Counted from the first letter of the stretch, positions 49,626-64,000 are shown. The stretch: 64,000 nucleotides of DNA from Octopus vulgaris (GCA_951406725.2 OX597817.1:57350001-57414000); one strand, 5' to 3'. Numbers and translations: made by a program. Notes: generated by a model from the letters alone, not told the origin.

Positions 49626-52600
49626 ATTGTAAACCTGCACTCAATCAATTAGGACGATGAGGATTCTAGTTGATCCAATCAACTGAACAGCCTGCTTTCG
49701 AAATTAACATGCATGTGGCTGAGTACTCCACAGACAATTTTACACCCTTAATGTAGTTCTCAGGGAGATTCAGCTTGATATGGAATGTAACAAGGCTGGC
49801 CCTTTGAAATACAGGTACCACTTGAGCAACGTGAAATAAAGCAACTTGCTCAAGGACACAACATGTTGCTGGGTATCGAACTCAAGACCTTGTGATCATG
49901 GGCTGAATATTTCTAACCACTAGGCCACATGCCTTCACCATTATTGTTATGACAGCCATTACACAATGGTGTCGGAAGATCCCTGCAACATCTTATGTTG
50001 TCATCTCTGTGACATCCGACATCTGAAGATCTAACCTGATCCCTTCTTCTCGATCCTTGTTTAATCTTACCTCTACCACAGCGTCCTTCTTACATTTATA
50101 CCAATTTCTTTACTATTTAGAAAGTAAAGACAGATCAAATACCTATTTCTTTACTACCCACAAGGGGCTAAACACAGAGAGGACAAACAAGGACAGACAA
50201 ACTGATTAAGGCGATTACATCGACCCCAGTGCATAACTGATACTTTATTTAATCGACCCCGAAACGATGAAAGGCAAAGTCGACCTCGGCAGAATTTGAA
50301 CTCAGAACGTAGCAGCAGACGAAATACGGCTACGCATTTCGCCTGGCGTGCTAACGTTTCTGCCAGCTCGCAGCCTCTTACATCTATACCCAACACACAT
50401 TACATGTCCAAAGAGATTCTTTGTCAAACAGCAATTGACAGTCTTAATGTGTCATCTGATAAATCTCAGATGCTCCAGCTGGTCCTCCTGATCTCCTAGC
50501 TCATACTGCCAATATTCTAAACGATACCCCTAACACCCCAGCTGATATGACTAAGGCCTCAGCTAATATTCCTTATGTGCTAGCAGACACCCTTAATAAC
50601 CTATTTCTTTACTACCCACAAGGGGCTAAACACAGAGAGGACAAACAAGGACAGACAATTATATTGACCCCCAGTGCATAACTGGTACTTAATTTATCAA
50701 CCCTGAAAGGATGAAAGGCAAAGTTGACCTCGGCGGAATTTGAACTCAGAATGTAGCAGCAGACGAAATACTGATAAGCATTTCGCCCAGTGTGCTAATG
50801 GCTTTAAAAATCTCCATGGATCTGACAGTTTGACAAGGATCTGATGGCTCCAAGGACTGCATTGTGCTCCAATGTCTGCTTTGGCATGGTTTCTACAGCT
50901 GGATGCCCCTCCTAACAGCACAATGTGTACTGGGAGCTTTCTTTTTTGTGGCACCAGTATTAGTGAGGTCACCATGCAGCTCGCAAGACTACAAACCGTG
51001 AGAGAAGTAGTATTAGGATGAAGGGGGTTGAAGAATGAGCAAAGTGGCTGGGGGGGGGGCAGGTTTCTTGCTGAAAATGGGCCACATAGTGTCTCACATT
51101 TTAGAAGGAAAGTGGGGGGGGGGAGTGATGAAGATGGAAATAGAAAGAGATAAAAATAGTTATGATGAGATGTTTGGGTGGACCCTGAAAATATGAGGTG
51201 AGTAGGAGTCTGTGGGGAGGGGTGAGTGTGTAGTGGAGGAGGAGTGAGGAGGTGCATGTAGTGACTGATGGATAAAGGGTGAGGTAAGCAATGACGCGTG
51301 GGATGAATAGCTGAACAGTAAAGATAATAAACAGGACGATCAATGTAAAATGTGGGTGAAGAAGACAGTATTAAGGATGGATATGAAGTGGGCCGGTTCC
51401 AGGCAGTGAGAAAGATTATTGGCATGAAGAAAAAGTTGCAGTTAGAGAAATGATGGATGGTAAAGGTGTCTGGAGAAAGAAATTCAGTGAAAGGCCCAGT
51501 TGTATGCACACACACACCATTTTTTGATAAATGTACACTTCTTGTCAGAAAGTGGCTACACCACATTTTTATCTCTCAAAGAACAGAAAAATTCAAATTC
51601 AGACAGTTTCTAGTCTTTTTAGACCTTCATCAAAAGAAAAGGAATATCCATCTTCTTTTCACAGAGCCAAAAAAGAAAAGAAAAGAAATATGCCATAACC
51701 ATTATTTCTTTTCACATTGAGGCTAAAATTGTACGTTTACGAAAAGAGGTTGACATTTCATTTCAAATAGTAAAAAAACAACAAATAAATAAATAAATTA
51801 ATTAATTAATAAAACAAAATTTAGTGCATTATTTATTAATATATCACATTGTATTGGACAATTGTATTATGTTCCATTCATGCACGGACACACACACACA
51901 CATCTGTATCATCTCACTCTCACACTCTCTCATTCTCTCTCTCTCCCCACACAAAACAGGTAGACAGAGTCCTGTACCAACATGCTTCATTACATCTTTT
52001 ATTCTCTCCTCCAACTGACCCTCTCCTTAAAATCTTGACTCACTCTCTCTCTCTCTTTTTAGTTTCCTCCACCCACAATGATACTACTCTGCCTTCATCT
52101 CTTCCACAAGATAAATTGGCAGGAGCCTACAACATCCAACTTAGAAAACCTCACACACACACAAGCATACGTATACACAAACACTATCAAATACATGCGC
52201 ACACACATACCAATACATAGTCACATCACCAACACTTCCCAAAATAAATAAATACTAACACACACACACACCGTCACAGACAATGACAACACAGACACAC
52301 TATCATATATACACGCACACACACACACAGACAAACATATACATAAACATTATGACACAAATCAACATATACAGGTATACTAATACACACACACACATCA
52401 ACATACGCAAGTACACAATCAGTGTAAATTTGTCAGTGGAAATATTGACTGTATCAAGATTCCTGTAGCCAAACCTACTGCAGCCACCGCCACCACCACC
52501 ACCACTACTACTACCACCACCAAAAGCATCATCATCATCATCGTCATTACTGCAACCGCTATAGCCAGTAGCACTATCATTAGAGCGGCAATCAGCCGAA

Positions 52601-53542
52601 ATGCTTCAAGTGTACAGTCACCATGACCACCACTACCAATAAGAGCATTGCTGTTTGGTTATAGAAGATCAGAGAAGGAGTGAAGGAGAGAAAGAGAGAT
52701 GAAGAAAGCTGGAGAAGGAAAAAGGGTGAGTGATGGAGGGAGAGAAAGGAGAGTACATATATTAATCTCAATAGGTCACTAGGTGTACTTTAAAGTACAT
52801 AGACACACACACAATACCTGTACATGCACTGAGCTGAAATTGTATGTATGTATGTGTGTTCATATGTAGTTTTATATACACAAACTCAAAGAAACATACA
52901 CACACCTGCAGTTATATAAGCAGCTACGAATAGAATGAAGGACAAGTTGTGGCTATTGACAGTGGTGTGGTGTAGTGGTGGGGGTGTATTGTGGTGGTAC
53001 AGGAGGGCGGGCAGTTGGTGGTGGTGTTTAACCTTTGGTTCAGGTAATATCTGACAGAGCAAACCTGTAATGTGGAGTTTGTCAATCGGAAGATGCCATA
53101 AGAGTGATCCAGAATTTATCATTCTTGACACGTTGTCCAGTTGAGGATAACCAAACTGCACATTCTGACATGCAGTGGTCAATTGTATTGTGGACAATGG
53201 TTGCAATCTGGAGTAGAATTCTCCCCACTGTCTGCATCTATTTCTTATTTCTTTATTGCCCACAAGGGGCTAAACATAGAGGGGGACAAACAAGCACAGA
53301 CAAAGGGATTAAGTCGATTACATCGACCCCAGTGTGTAACTGGTACTTAATTCATCGACCCCGAAAGGATAAAAGGCAAAGTCGACCTCGGTGAAATTTG
53401 AACTTAGAACATTACGGCAGACGAAATACCGCTAAGCATTTCACCTGTCACATTAATATTTCTGCCAGCCCGCCACCAGCTCATCTGCATCTATTTCTCT
53501 TATACCAGTTATACAGTGGAAGCAACTAAACTGAACTTAGAA

Positions 53543-54197
53543 CACAATGAGCACCTGTGCCAGTATGATGCGGAAGGCACCCACATCAGCAGCATATTGA
53601 AATGCATCCATACCTGCACCACATTGAAAACACTTGTACTGGGACCATGTAAAAAGCGCCCATGCTGGAGCCATGTAAAAAGTACCCAGTACACTTTGTA
53701 AAGTGGTTGGCTTTAGGAAGGGCATCCAGTTTTTGGATGCCCACCAGCCTTGCCAGCTCCAGTCAAACTGTCCCACCCAGGCCAGCATGAGTGTCAGTGT
53801 TGTTGGTATTTGATAGCCTCTGGTGTTTCTGTTAATGTGTTGCTTTTAGTTTATTTGTTGAGAGTAGGAGTAGAACAAGATTATACGGGGGAGGGAAACA
53901 GTGGGAGAACATGACAGTGATGCTATCTGCAAGTGAGGAGTGCGTATGCTTTGTTGGAGAGGCAATAAGGTTGAAGACTGGATGCTCTTCCTAATGCCAA
54001 CCACTTTACAGAGTGTACTGGTTGTTTTTTTACATGGCTCCAGCACAGATCCCCCTTTTTTACATGGCTCCAGCATGGGCGCTTTTTACGTAGTCCCAGT
54101 ACAAGTGCTTTCAATGTGGTGCAGGTATTGATGCATTTCAATATGCTGCTGATGTTGGTGCCTTCCACATCACACTGGCACAGGTGCTCATTATGTG
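53543..54197. repeat. Long inverted repeat (arms 53543-53730 and 53977-54197) from two SINE-C-related copies
   Basis: ORFs 53516+ and 53923- give near-identical translations (HNEHLCQ..HISSILKCI..PCWSHVK). Confidence 0.85.
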
Positions 54198-57100
54198 GCA
54201 CCAGTATGGGCTGGGTGCATCTTACGTGACACCAGCACAGGTGCTTTTCACATGGTGTCGATAACACAGACATTCCTAGATCAAACACAGGTACCACATT
54301 TGTAACTTGTCAACAGAAACAATCACTTTGACACAATTTGGTTTTGGGTTCAGTCCCACTGCACTGCACCTTGGGCAAGTGTCTTGTACTGTAGCCCTGG
54401 GCCAATCAATGCCTTGCAAGTGAATTTGTTAGACAAAAAACCTGTATGGAAGCCCATCATGTAGATACATCCAAGAAAACTTATAGTAATAGTCGTGGTG
54501 TTATGGCTTAGCTTATGCATAAATGACAAATCACTAAAAATAACAGCTGGAAACTTTATCCCTCCCCAGATTAATGATACTAAAAACAGCTTGTGAAATT
54601 AGTTTGTAGTCAATACTTTAGCAGAAACAACAATTATAGCCTCTCATGAGGTAGAATTTCCCTTGTGGCAACTGTTGACAACTGTTGTTGGTTTGTTTAT
54701 GTCCCTGCGACTTAGCTGTTTGGCAAAAGAGAACAACAGAATACATGACAAACTTGTGAATGAAAACAAGTGCTGGAAGATGTCGATTTGTTCAGCTAAA
54801 ACCTTTCAAGGCAGTGCCCCAGCATGGCCGCGCTCCAATGACTGAAACAAGTAAAAGATAAGAACCAATGTGAACCTTGCTTTCATACAGCACATAATCT
54901 TTTGTTGACCAACAAAAGCAGTATTTTGTGTTGTTTAAGATGAGGATCAGTTCCATCATCCCTGTACATGTTCAGTCCACAGCTGGACAATGGCCTCAGC
55001 ATCTTTTCTCCACCAACCACAGTCTGATGTTTTCTTCATCCTTATTTCGATGCCAAAGTATTTAACAAAGTCTTCATTCCAACTTCTACATGGTCTCCTC
55101 CCACCTCCATCTTTTTTCTGGACATGGTGTCCGCTCTATCAATTTGCTGTTCCATCTATTGTCCTTTCGAATCTTTTCCCTTTGAATGGCAGATCGAGAA
55201 ATTAATTTTTTTGTCACTAAACACTTTCACTCTTTCGACACTGGTAGAATGTGTCATATAAAACATCTTTTACTCTTAGCGTTTTTGAGAAAAGTTTATA
55301 TTTACAAAGTTATTTCGTGTTAAAGTTGTCAATGACATCAATGACATGTATTCAGCTGAATAAAATTACTGCCATTATTTGTCAACAACAACTTCCGGCA
55401 GTGTATATTTTGTTTGTCACTGTTATTTATGAAATAATTCATGCGTTTGTACTGGTTTTAGCTTTAAGGGGTTAGGGTTTTAGGCTCCAGTCTGATCTGG
55501 CAATGTTTCTACAGCTGGATGCCCTTCCTAACGCCAACCACCCTGAAAGTGTAGTGGGTGTGTTTTTACATGCCACTGGCATAGGAGCCAGTCAGGTGGG
55601 CCTGGCATTAATTATGTTTGGATAAAGTAGGCGCGGGCATGGCTGTGTGGTTAGGGAGCTTGCTTCCTAGCTACATGGTTTCGGGTTCAGTCCCACTGCG
55701 TGGCACTTTGGGTAGGTGTCTTCCACTATAGCCCTGAGCCGACCGGAGCTTTGTGATTGAATTCAGTAGGTGGAAGTTACTGCCGTGTGTGTATGTGTGC
55801 GTATAGCTGCTCAGTGCCTCTCCGAAAGAGAGAGAGGGGAATGCTTTTTTTGTGCCACTGTCATGGGAGCCAGTCTGGGGGCACTGGTGTCAGCCACATT
55901 CGGACACAAGTTTGAATAATAATAGTGTTTTATTAGCCCCTAAAGGGTTTATAAAATATTGGTGAGAGTACAGGACGATATGATGTGGGATAACAACATA
56001 AGTGATGCAGGAGAATTGAAAAACGGTTCTATATTTAGTGAGGAATTGTCTTGTACTACAACCAGCCAAGACTGACAAATAATCAATATATCTATATTTA
56101 AGACTGTTCACTTTCTATATTTAACTCTGTTGAGAGATGTGTGTGTTTGTGTGTGTGTGGTAAGAAGTTTGCTTTCCAACCACATGGTTCCAGGTTCAGT
56201 TCCAGCGCATGGCACCACTGCTTGACTACTAGTATTGGTATGTTTATGCCCCTGTGACTTAGCACTTCGGCAAAAGAGGCTGATAGAATAAGTACCAGAT
56301 TTAATTAAAAAAACACAGATACTGGGTTTGATTTGTTTGACTAAAATTTCTTCACAGTGGTGCTCCAGCATGGCCACAGTCTAATGACTGAAGGAAGTAT
56401 ATCTATATGTATATATATATATAAACACACACATGTACACACAGAGACATCTTATATATATTGAAAATATTGAACAGATAGGAAATTTTGTATCAATCAA
56501 TAGAAATAATGGCTCTTTACGGAAGAACTAGCTCCTGCAAATGTGTAAGGGAAAGGAAATATAGTCGATAATATCAACCCCCATTACATGACTGGTACTT
56601 GTATTGCTCAGTGGAAGAATGAAAGGAACGAGCAACTGACAGAGTTGATGCCAGGGCTGCCTGACTGGATCCTGTGCCGGTGGCACATAAAAAGCACCAC
56701 TCAAACCTGGCCGATGCCGGTGCCCTCTGACTGGCTCCTGTGCCGGTGGCACATAAAAGGCAACATCCAAATGTGATCGATGCCAGGCCCATAAAAGGCA
56801 CCCACTACACTCTCAGAGTGGTTGGTGTTAGGAAGGGCATCCAGCTGTAGAAACAATGCCAGATCAGACTGGAGCCTGGTGCAGCCATTGGCTTTCCAGA
56901 CCTCAATCAAACTGTCCAACCCATGCCAGCATGGAAAACGGACATATGATGATGATGAAAAATGATAAAACTAAATACTGATGGCAGTTTATCGGTTGTT
57001 CTACCAGCAATATTCACTAATAATAATCCTTTCTACTGGAAGCACAAGACCTCAAATTTTGGGGAAGGAATTAAGTCAATTACATCAACCCCAGTGCATA

Positions 57101-57837
57101 ACTGGTACTAATTTTATTGACCCTGAAAGAATAAGAGGCAAAGTCGACCTCAGCGGAATTTGAACTCAGAACGTAACTGCAGATGAAATACCACAAAGCA
57201 TTTCGCCTGGCGTGCTAACAATTCTGCCAGCTCACTGCTTTACTACTACTACTACTACTACTACTACTAATAATAAACTATCCTTTCTACTATAAGCACA
57301 AGTCCTGAATTTGTGGGCAGGGGACTAGGCGATGTAATCGACCTCAGTGTTTCACTGGTATTTAATTTATTGACCCTGAAATAATGAAAGGCAAAGTCGA
57401 CCTTGGTAGAATTTGAACTCAGAACATAGACAGATGAAATGTCACTAATAATAGTAACTGCTTATAAGTATTAGTATAAAAAAAATATAAGACAGTCTCA
57501 ATAGTGTGTGACATATCAAGAAAATAACTGAAATTTATGGAAAATTATATCAATAATTAAAGAACAGAACAGGAAATAAACAATTAAAATAACAATAACA
57601 AAATAAAAAAATGCAAAGTCATCAATAACATTCAGACAAGAATATTGATCTGGAAATTGATTGGGCCATTAAGAAGGCCAAGTTAAAAATATCAAAAATG
57701 TAAGTGGAGAATAGAGCAGGAACAGAATTCTCAAATAGTCCAAATAGAAATATGAACGAAGAAGAATTAGTTTGTAGCTGTCTTGTGGTTGAATAAGATT
57801 TGGTAAATGTCCTGGAAGATTGGAATATATGATTTAA

Positions 57838-58051
57838 CCCTTTTGCTACCATATTCCTGCTTTTGTTTCAATTTGATTTGGAAATAATGAAGAATTCAGT
57901 AGAATAATTTTGTAGTTATTGAGTTGGTGCTTGGAACATATATTGACATGGAATTTTGAAAGAGAGATTTGAATTTAGATCACTTTAAAACAGGAAGTTT
58001 GTATCATAGAACTGGGGCGGGGTGGTCTTAGACAGTTTGGTATCAAAAGGG
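57838..58051. mobile_element. TTAA MITE, diverged copy without the extension
   Basis: TTAA-CCCTTTTGCTACC..GGTATCAAAAGGG-TTAA. Confidence 0.8.
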
Positions 58052-60943
58052 TTAAGTGAGACCATTTACATTTGGTCCCATGGTGTCAAGAGAACATGAA
58101 ACAGATTTCAACCTGCATAGGACACCAGTCTGTTCTAAATAACATTCTGCATGTGATCAGGTATGTCTACCTAGCAACAACTAGGTTCACATGAGCAATA
58201 TAGAATATTATGCTCTGTCCCAGAGAGAAGGGTAAATTGCTCTCTCCCCCACCTGGAAAAGACCCCAATCTATGACAGGGACCTGATATCACTTCAAGAC
58301 AGCTGGGTGAACTGTGTGTGAGACTGGCTTCTTTTGATTTCTGTGTAGCAAATCTGCCTGAGGCAGTAGCAGAAGATACTTGCCCAAGACATCCAACAAT
58401 GGAACTGAACCCAAATCATAAGGTTGGGAAGCAAACCTGTTGAGTTTGAAGATTTTGAACCTAAAAGATAGGATAATGAAAAAATGTACTGTACTGCAGA
58501 CCTATCCAACCCATGCTACCAGTATGATGGCAGCAGCAACGGTGGTGGTGATGACCAATTAAATTTTATGTCCATGCTCGCATAATCACCAGTGATCTCC
58601 AGGTATGGTTTCATCCAGTAGTCCTGCACTTTTGAAGATGAGTGGAATGAAAACTCCCTTATTTAAAGAATGGGTGAGAGTTGGTGATAAGAAAGGCATC
58701 TGGCTGGAAAACAATGTTCCACTAATAGGTGTTCATCTAACTCATGCCATTATGGAAATATGGAAGTTAAACAAAAAGAAAGCATGATGGCTGTCTTTTT
58801 GTCAGTTTACTTCCCGAGGTGGCTTTATTTCAAAGAATGAATTATTGAGATTTTGTCAAGGAATTTAAACATATTCTATGTGACCATCAACATTTCTTGT
58901 ATGGCAGTGGATGTCAGGAGGTGCTGAGTGTTCAATCTTGTTTGTTTAGGTCCCTTTATTATCTCAGTGCAAATTTCACCCAAATTCAACTTTTAATTCA
59001 ATCTTCCAAGACTAATAAACTAAGTGCCAGTCAGAATATCAGAAGTGATATAATTGACTCCACTCTTGAAGGTGGTTCTCCGATTCCTGGCCAATATCCA
59101 AAGACTGAAACCGGTGAAGCCAGTAAAAGAGATTTATTGTCTGTAACCCAAAGACTGAAAATGGAAAATATCGGAGTCTGTTAGAGAACACAACACCACA
59201 AGTCTAGCACAGTTAAACACTGGAGCACTGTGTCTCTACAACCACCACCACCACCACCACTACTACTGCTGTTACAACCACATCCTAGGTAGATGGAAAT
59301 AGAACAACTAAAATGGTTTGGGTATCCAAGTTGGCATGAAAGTACTGGAAGAACAACAAAAAGGATAAATAAAACAAAAATAAAACCAAAAACGCCTTCA
59401 TATTGGTTGTCTGTCTGAGGGAAAAAATAGTTCTGAGAATGAAATAGGAACAAAATGAAGAACACAGCAAGATTTAATTGTACTTTCTCAATGTCAGAAG
59501 AAAGAAAATAGAAAAAAGCAAGTAGTCCAATATATGAGTAGTTATGGCTGTTGTTGTTGCTTTGATGTCGAGAAAGACAATAAAAGCCTCAGCAACAGCT
59601 TGGATTAGTAGAAACAAGTTGGTCCACATTTAGCAGACAGTTTCAAAGCCAAACAACTAATAACTGTTTTGAAGAGAGAAGGAAACCACAGTCTGGCAAT
59701 GTTACTACCTTCATGAGGCACCAGATTGGAAGGACTCTGTTATTCCAACCGAAAGGAAGAACTAAGATGGTGGTAAGGAAATACTGAAGTCTAGGAGTAA
59801 GGAATGGAACAGACTGAAAATGGTTTTCTCCATAGTGGTGTAGTTATAGGAAGGGAAAACCCCTGGATATGTGAAATGTAATTTTAACTCTGGCAGGATT
59901 AGAACTCAGAACACAAAGGAAGAAATCTAACTACTAAAAGGTATTTGAACCGACACAACTATTCCTGTCACACCAATTGGTCTCTGACAAAGAATATGCT
60001 GCAGAAATCAAAAACAGAGCCCCAGATTTTGTTTGGAATTTTGTTAAAAACAAGACCCAACATGCTGGTTAATACTGATGCTGTCATATTATGGGGACAA
60101 ATTTCAAACTAAGTTAGATGGGGACAACATCCCCATTAGGTCCCAGAGGAAATGTTGAGACAAGTGGTAGCATGCTGTGTGACATACCTATCTAGAGCCT
60201 TCCAGTATAGAAAAAGAGGTCAGATGATGATGATGGGGGGTGGTGATGGTGATAATGGTATATGTCCTGACTGGCAGTAGCTACGGTTTTATATCAAATT
60301 TTAGCTGTAAACGAACATGTTAAATATTGTGTTTAATCATGAAAGAAATATAAATGTGCTTATTTGGTAATTTTTCAGATGAAATTTGATAATTTATTCT
60401 GTTTCAAGATTTCACATTTGGCACCGAATAAATGGTTGACAATGTCTTTTTAGCCTGGCACTCTCCCACCAAGTTGCTCTTGACTAGAGTCAAAGGAAAG
60501 GTTTTGAATGTAGAAAGTGAAGACTTCTGGGTGAATGAACCAGGCAGTTGGCATTGGTACAGTGGAAATTCAGCAGAATGATCAATTCCTGTCTTTAAGG
60601 GAAGAGAATCAAACTTTAAAATATCTAGTGGTAAAATGTATGAAGAACACGAGAAAATCTCAGAAGTGAAATGGTGTGGTGTGGTATGTGTGTGTGTGTG
60701 TATGTGTGATCATCGTTGTTGTAATGTCTACTTTTCCATTAGATGGAAATTATTGAGGCAGATTTTCTATATTGGGATGCCCTTCCTGTCACCAACTCTT
60801 ACATGCATCAAAGCAGGGCAATATTTCTCCATGGCTAGAAATTGTTTTTGCAGAATATTGAAAATGAATGGCATTCATTTACAACAATCACAATGTCACT
60901 GTGGAGAGGTACAAACACTTTCAAACTACTCCCCATTTATATA

Positions 60944-61482
60944 CGAGGGTGAGTCAAAAAGTAATGCCATTTTGTGTAGGACAGGTTTAATTACCAACAC
61001 AGGAATATGTATCATACATCAAAATGAAGCTGGTCCTCTGTGGATCACATAGTCACCGTTTCTCTCAATAGCAATGTTCCACCTTCAAACGAGAGCATGT
61101 ATCTCTGCGCCATAAAATTCTGTTGACTGTTCTTCACTACAGCTTTCACTTCCTCATCACTGGAATAATTTAGTGCCTTCAGACTATCATCTCTTCAGCC
61201 CCATGAAAGAAGGTTTGAGAGGCAAACATTATTCCAGTGATGAGGAAGTGAAAACTGTAGTGAAGAAGTGGCTCAAAGAACAGTCAACAGAATTTTATGG
61301 CGCAGGGATACACGCTCTCATTCAAAGGCGGAACATTGCTATTGAGAGAAATGGTGACTATGTTGAGAAGTAGGGATGTAACCTACAGAGGACCAGCTTC
61401 ATTTTGATGTATGATACATGTTCCTGTGTTGGTAATTATACCTGTCCTAAACAAAATGGCGTTACTTTTCGACTCACCCTTG
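60944..61482. mobile_element. Palindromic non-autonomous mariner derivative retaining the transposase C-terminus
   Basis: TA TSD; TIR CGAGGGTGAGTCAAAAAGTAA; ORF 61173-61373 PSDYHLF..W....EFY..GI..L..R....I..NGDYVEK is the mariner C-terminus, and its reverse complement forms the left half. Confidence 0.92.
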
Positions 61483-61622
61483 TATATATGCCAAAAATGA
61501 CAGTAGAGCGTGGTACGGTCTTCTCACTTGCTAGCTCCTGTCAAGCCATCTAACACATGCCAGCATGGAAAACATATGGGAAATGACGACGACGACGATG
61601 TATATGTGCCTGCATGTTATAC

Positions 61623-61823
61623 ATAAGTTAAAATAAATATGAATACACAAATTAACGAGACACAGACACAGAGGGTCACCAAATCTTCATCAGTTATCAG
61701 CCAGAGGGTCAAACAAATGTGAAATTGCATTTGACCCTCTGGCCAATAACTGATGAAGATTTGGTCACCTCCTCTGTCGGTTTTCCATAAGTCTGTGCAT
61801 TTATTGTGTGTTTTTTAACTTAT
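61623..61823. repeat. Fold-back element related in its centre to 7917-8130, with CTGATGA in each arm
   Basis: ACCAAATCTTCATCAGTTATCAGCCAGAGGGTCAAA / TTTGACCCTCTGGCCAATAACTGATGAAGATTTGGT. Confidence 0.7.
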
Positions 61824-61866
61824 TATTTAATGGCACACCACACTCTAATTTTATTTACAGTGTTTA

Positions 61867-61899
<33 letters not shown>

Positions 61900-63649
61900 A
61901 TATAATTTAGAGAAAAACCTCTATTAAAGAATTCAATAGTGAAAGACATTATTCACACCATATAGAAAACATATACTATAAAAACACCCCCACACACATA
62001 CCCATATATATATAATGGAAAGACTGGAAGAAGTAAATTTCTATGGAGTAGTTTTTAAATGATAATCAAATGTTCTTTAGAAACTCTTATTTGCACAAAA
62101 AACAGTAGATTTTAAAAACCACAAATATCTCAATGACGGATTAAGTTACCATTTTTGTAGACAAATAAGAACCACTCCTTTGCTGTAAGACGCTGAAAGT
62201 TTCCTGGTATGGTGCAATCTCATATCAAAAGATCCTGTTTAATGTCCCAGAGGACCTTTATGATAGAAAAAGAACTAATGAAAGTCATAAGAAACTGACA
62301 GAGGGAGTACTTCTCAAAGTCATTCTAACATCTGGTAAAGACACAGCATAAAGCTTCCTGAAGAGGTTTTATAACACCAGAACCTGCCTCAAGTTATCAC
62401 AGTATTAACCAAAGATCTGATTAATTCTCCATGTATGGCCCCTTTTGATTTTGAATCAATTTAAAGCTTGGGATTTTCTCCCTTGCATTTCCTGCCAGGA
62501 AATCTCATTAACGCTAATGACCGTCTTCCTATAATTACTGTAATTTCAACTTATGAACAATTAGCAGACAGGCTGTGATACTGTTTCCCTCCTGTACCAG
62601 AGACAGCAGCTGTGTGATTAAGAGACATGCTTTGCAGGCACACGATTCTGGGTTCAGTTCTACTGCGTGACATCAACAATTTGGATGATAGTGGTGGAGA
62701 TGGTGATGGAGACAGTGATGATGATGATGATAATGATGGTGGTGATGATGATGATAACGATTGTGATAATGATGGTGATGAAATGAACATTAAACTAAGA
62801 CAGTATCATTGAGAATGTCTCAAGTCTCCCCTTGCACAGTAATAGTATTTTGGGACAGATTCCCGTTCTTACTTACACAGACCAGACATAAATAGACACA
62901 ACCGCTACAATGTGTATGCACACACATTAAAGAGACAGTTGGTAGCGTACTACAAAATACTTTGTTACACTGCAGCTAATTGCTTAGAGAAAACTTTGAG
63001 TAGGGACACGGAAACGTGTGTGTGTGAGTGAGAGAGGTGAACAAAGTACTTAAGATAACCTTTTCCATTGAACACAGAAAAGACAATAACAAAAAAAGAA
63101 AAAAAAAGAAAAAAAAGAGAATATTTCCAAGTTTCCAAGAGAAGCTCACCGAAGACAAATAATTGATTTTCTGGAATAATGGAGCTGGTTTGGTTACAAA
63201 AAGGCCAGTTGATTGTTGTTTTAATAGGAAAGTTTATGGTGGAAATAGATTTTTAACAACGCCACCGACATTTACAATAACAATGACAAAAGCAATGACG
63301 TCTACAACAACAACAACAACAATAACCTATAAAAAAGTGTCTAAGCTGGTTTATGATACACAAAGTGATGAGATCAAATCTGACGAGAGAAAACGTTACC
63401 CCTCTCTTTTACTTGTTTCAATCAGAATATGGCCATGCTGGGGTACTGCCTTGAAGGGTTTAGTTCAGTGGTTCCCAACCTTTTTTTATGCCCCACACCC
63501 CTAAAAACTTATATAATGTTCTTGCAATCTTTGCAAAGTGGTAAGAATATTTTTGGCAAACAGATGAAAGTTTGTTAACAGAAGAAAATTAAATTCTATG
63601 GCAATAGAGAATAGTTGAAACGAAAAAGAGAAAGCAAAAGGGCACTGAC

Positions 63650-63725
63650 CTTTCCGATACATTGTTTAAGTATGCTCCATATACTGAAATCATTGCGTGA
63701 GAACATTGGTTTTGGAAGACTAGTT
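63650..63725 (-). CDS. OSBPL1A: ORP1/ORP2-type oxysterol-binding protein, internal exon (first in window): (R)TSLPKPMFSRNDFSIWSILKQCIGK
   Basis: Manual translation; acceptor CTTGCAG, donor GTCAGT; 76 nt, phase 2 to 0; closely matches the start of the vertebrate ORP1/ORP2 ORD (RTSLPxPMFSRNDFSIWSILxxCIG). Orthology to OSBPL1A versus OSBPL2 cannot be resolved here. Confidence 0.93.
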
Positions 63726-64000
63726 CTGCAAGGAAAAGAAAGATTATTAAAAATGGTTGGCGTTGAGATTTCAAAAAAATTATTTAGGTTAAAACTGAAG
63801 CTGGAAATAACATTGGAATCTCTGGATAAAATAAGAGAGCTATTGTTGGTACTTATTACTGGTACTTATTTAAGTAAACCTCACAAAATGAAAAGGAAAG
63901 CTGATGCTATATATTTTGGGCTGAGAACTTAGAGATGAAGATAAGATTAAGGATTTAGAGAGGATTTGGTTCAATATTTTACCAATTCTACAAGTTTACC

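Noticed and set aside
50697-51566. Longest ORF in the track (289 aa)
   Set aside because: It runs through SINE copies and purine-rich low-complexity sequence, with no recognisable domain.

Overview
Eukaryotic, AT-rich, repeat-dense genomic DNA; the SINE, microsatellite and LINE content suggests an octopus (inference). The whole window lies inside one minus-strand gene encoding an oxysterol-binding-protein-related protein of the ORP1/ORP2 (OSBPL1A/OSBPL2) subfamily. Nine internal coding exons (1103 nt in total) have GT-AG boundaries and mutually consistent phases. They encode most of the lipid-binding ORD, including EQVSHHPP; the gene's 5' and 3' ends lie outside the window. The introns (largest 34.5 kb) contain several tRNA-derived SINE families, an internally deleted L1/Tx1-type LINE, RTE, CR1 and R4/Dong-like fragments, two non-autonomous Helitrons, TTAA (piggyBac-type) and hAT-type MITEs, a fold-back mariner and many microsatellites. 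The most notable observations are: (1) several unrelated fold-back or tandem elements carrying minimal Penelope-type hammerhead ribozyme cores, one of them a tRNA-headed, hammerhead-tailed unit bounded by a 12-bp target-site duplication, which is a candidate Penelope-dependent SINE; (2) a TTAA-MITE variant with a fixed 23-bp extension, found twice at TTAA sites of its own family; (3) a Pro-to-Cys change in the conserved ORP KPFNP motif; (4) a Tx1-like LINE flanked on both sides by (TTA)n.
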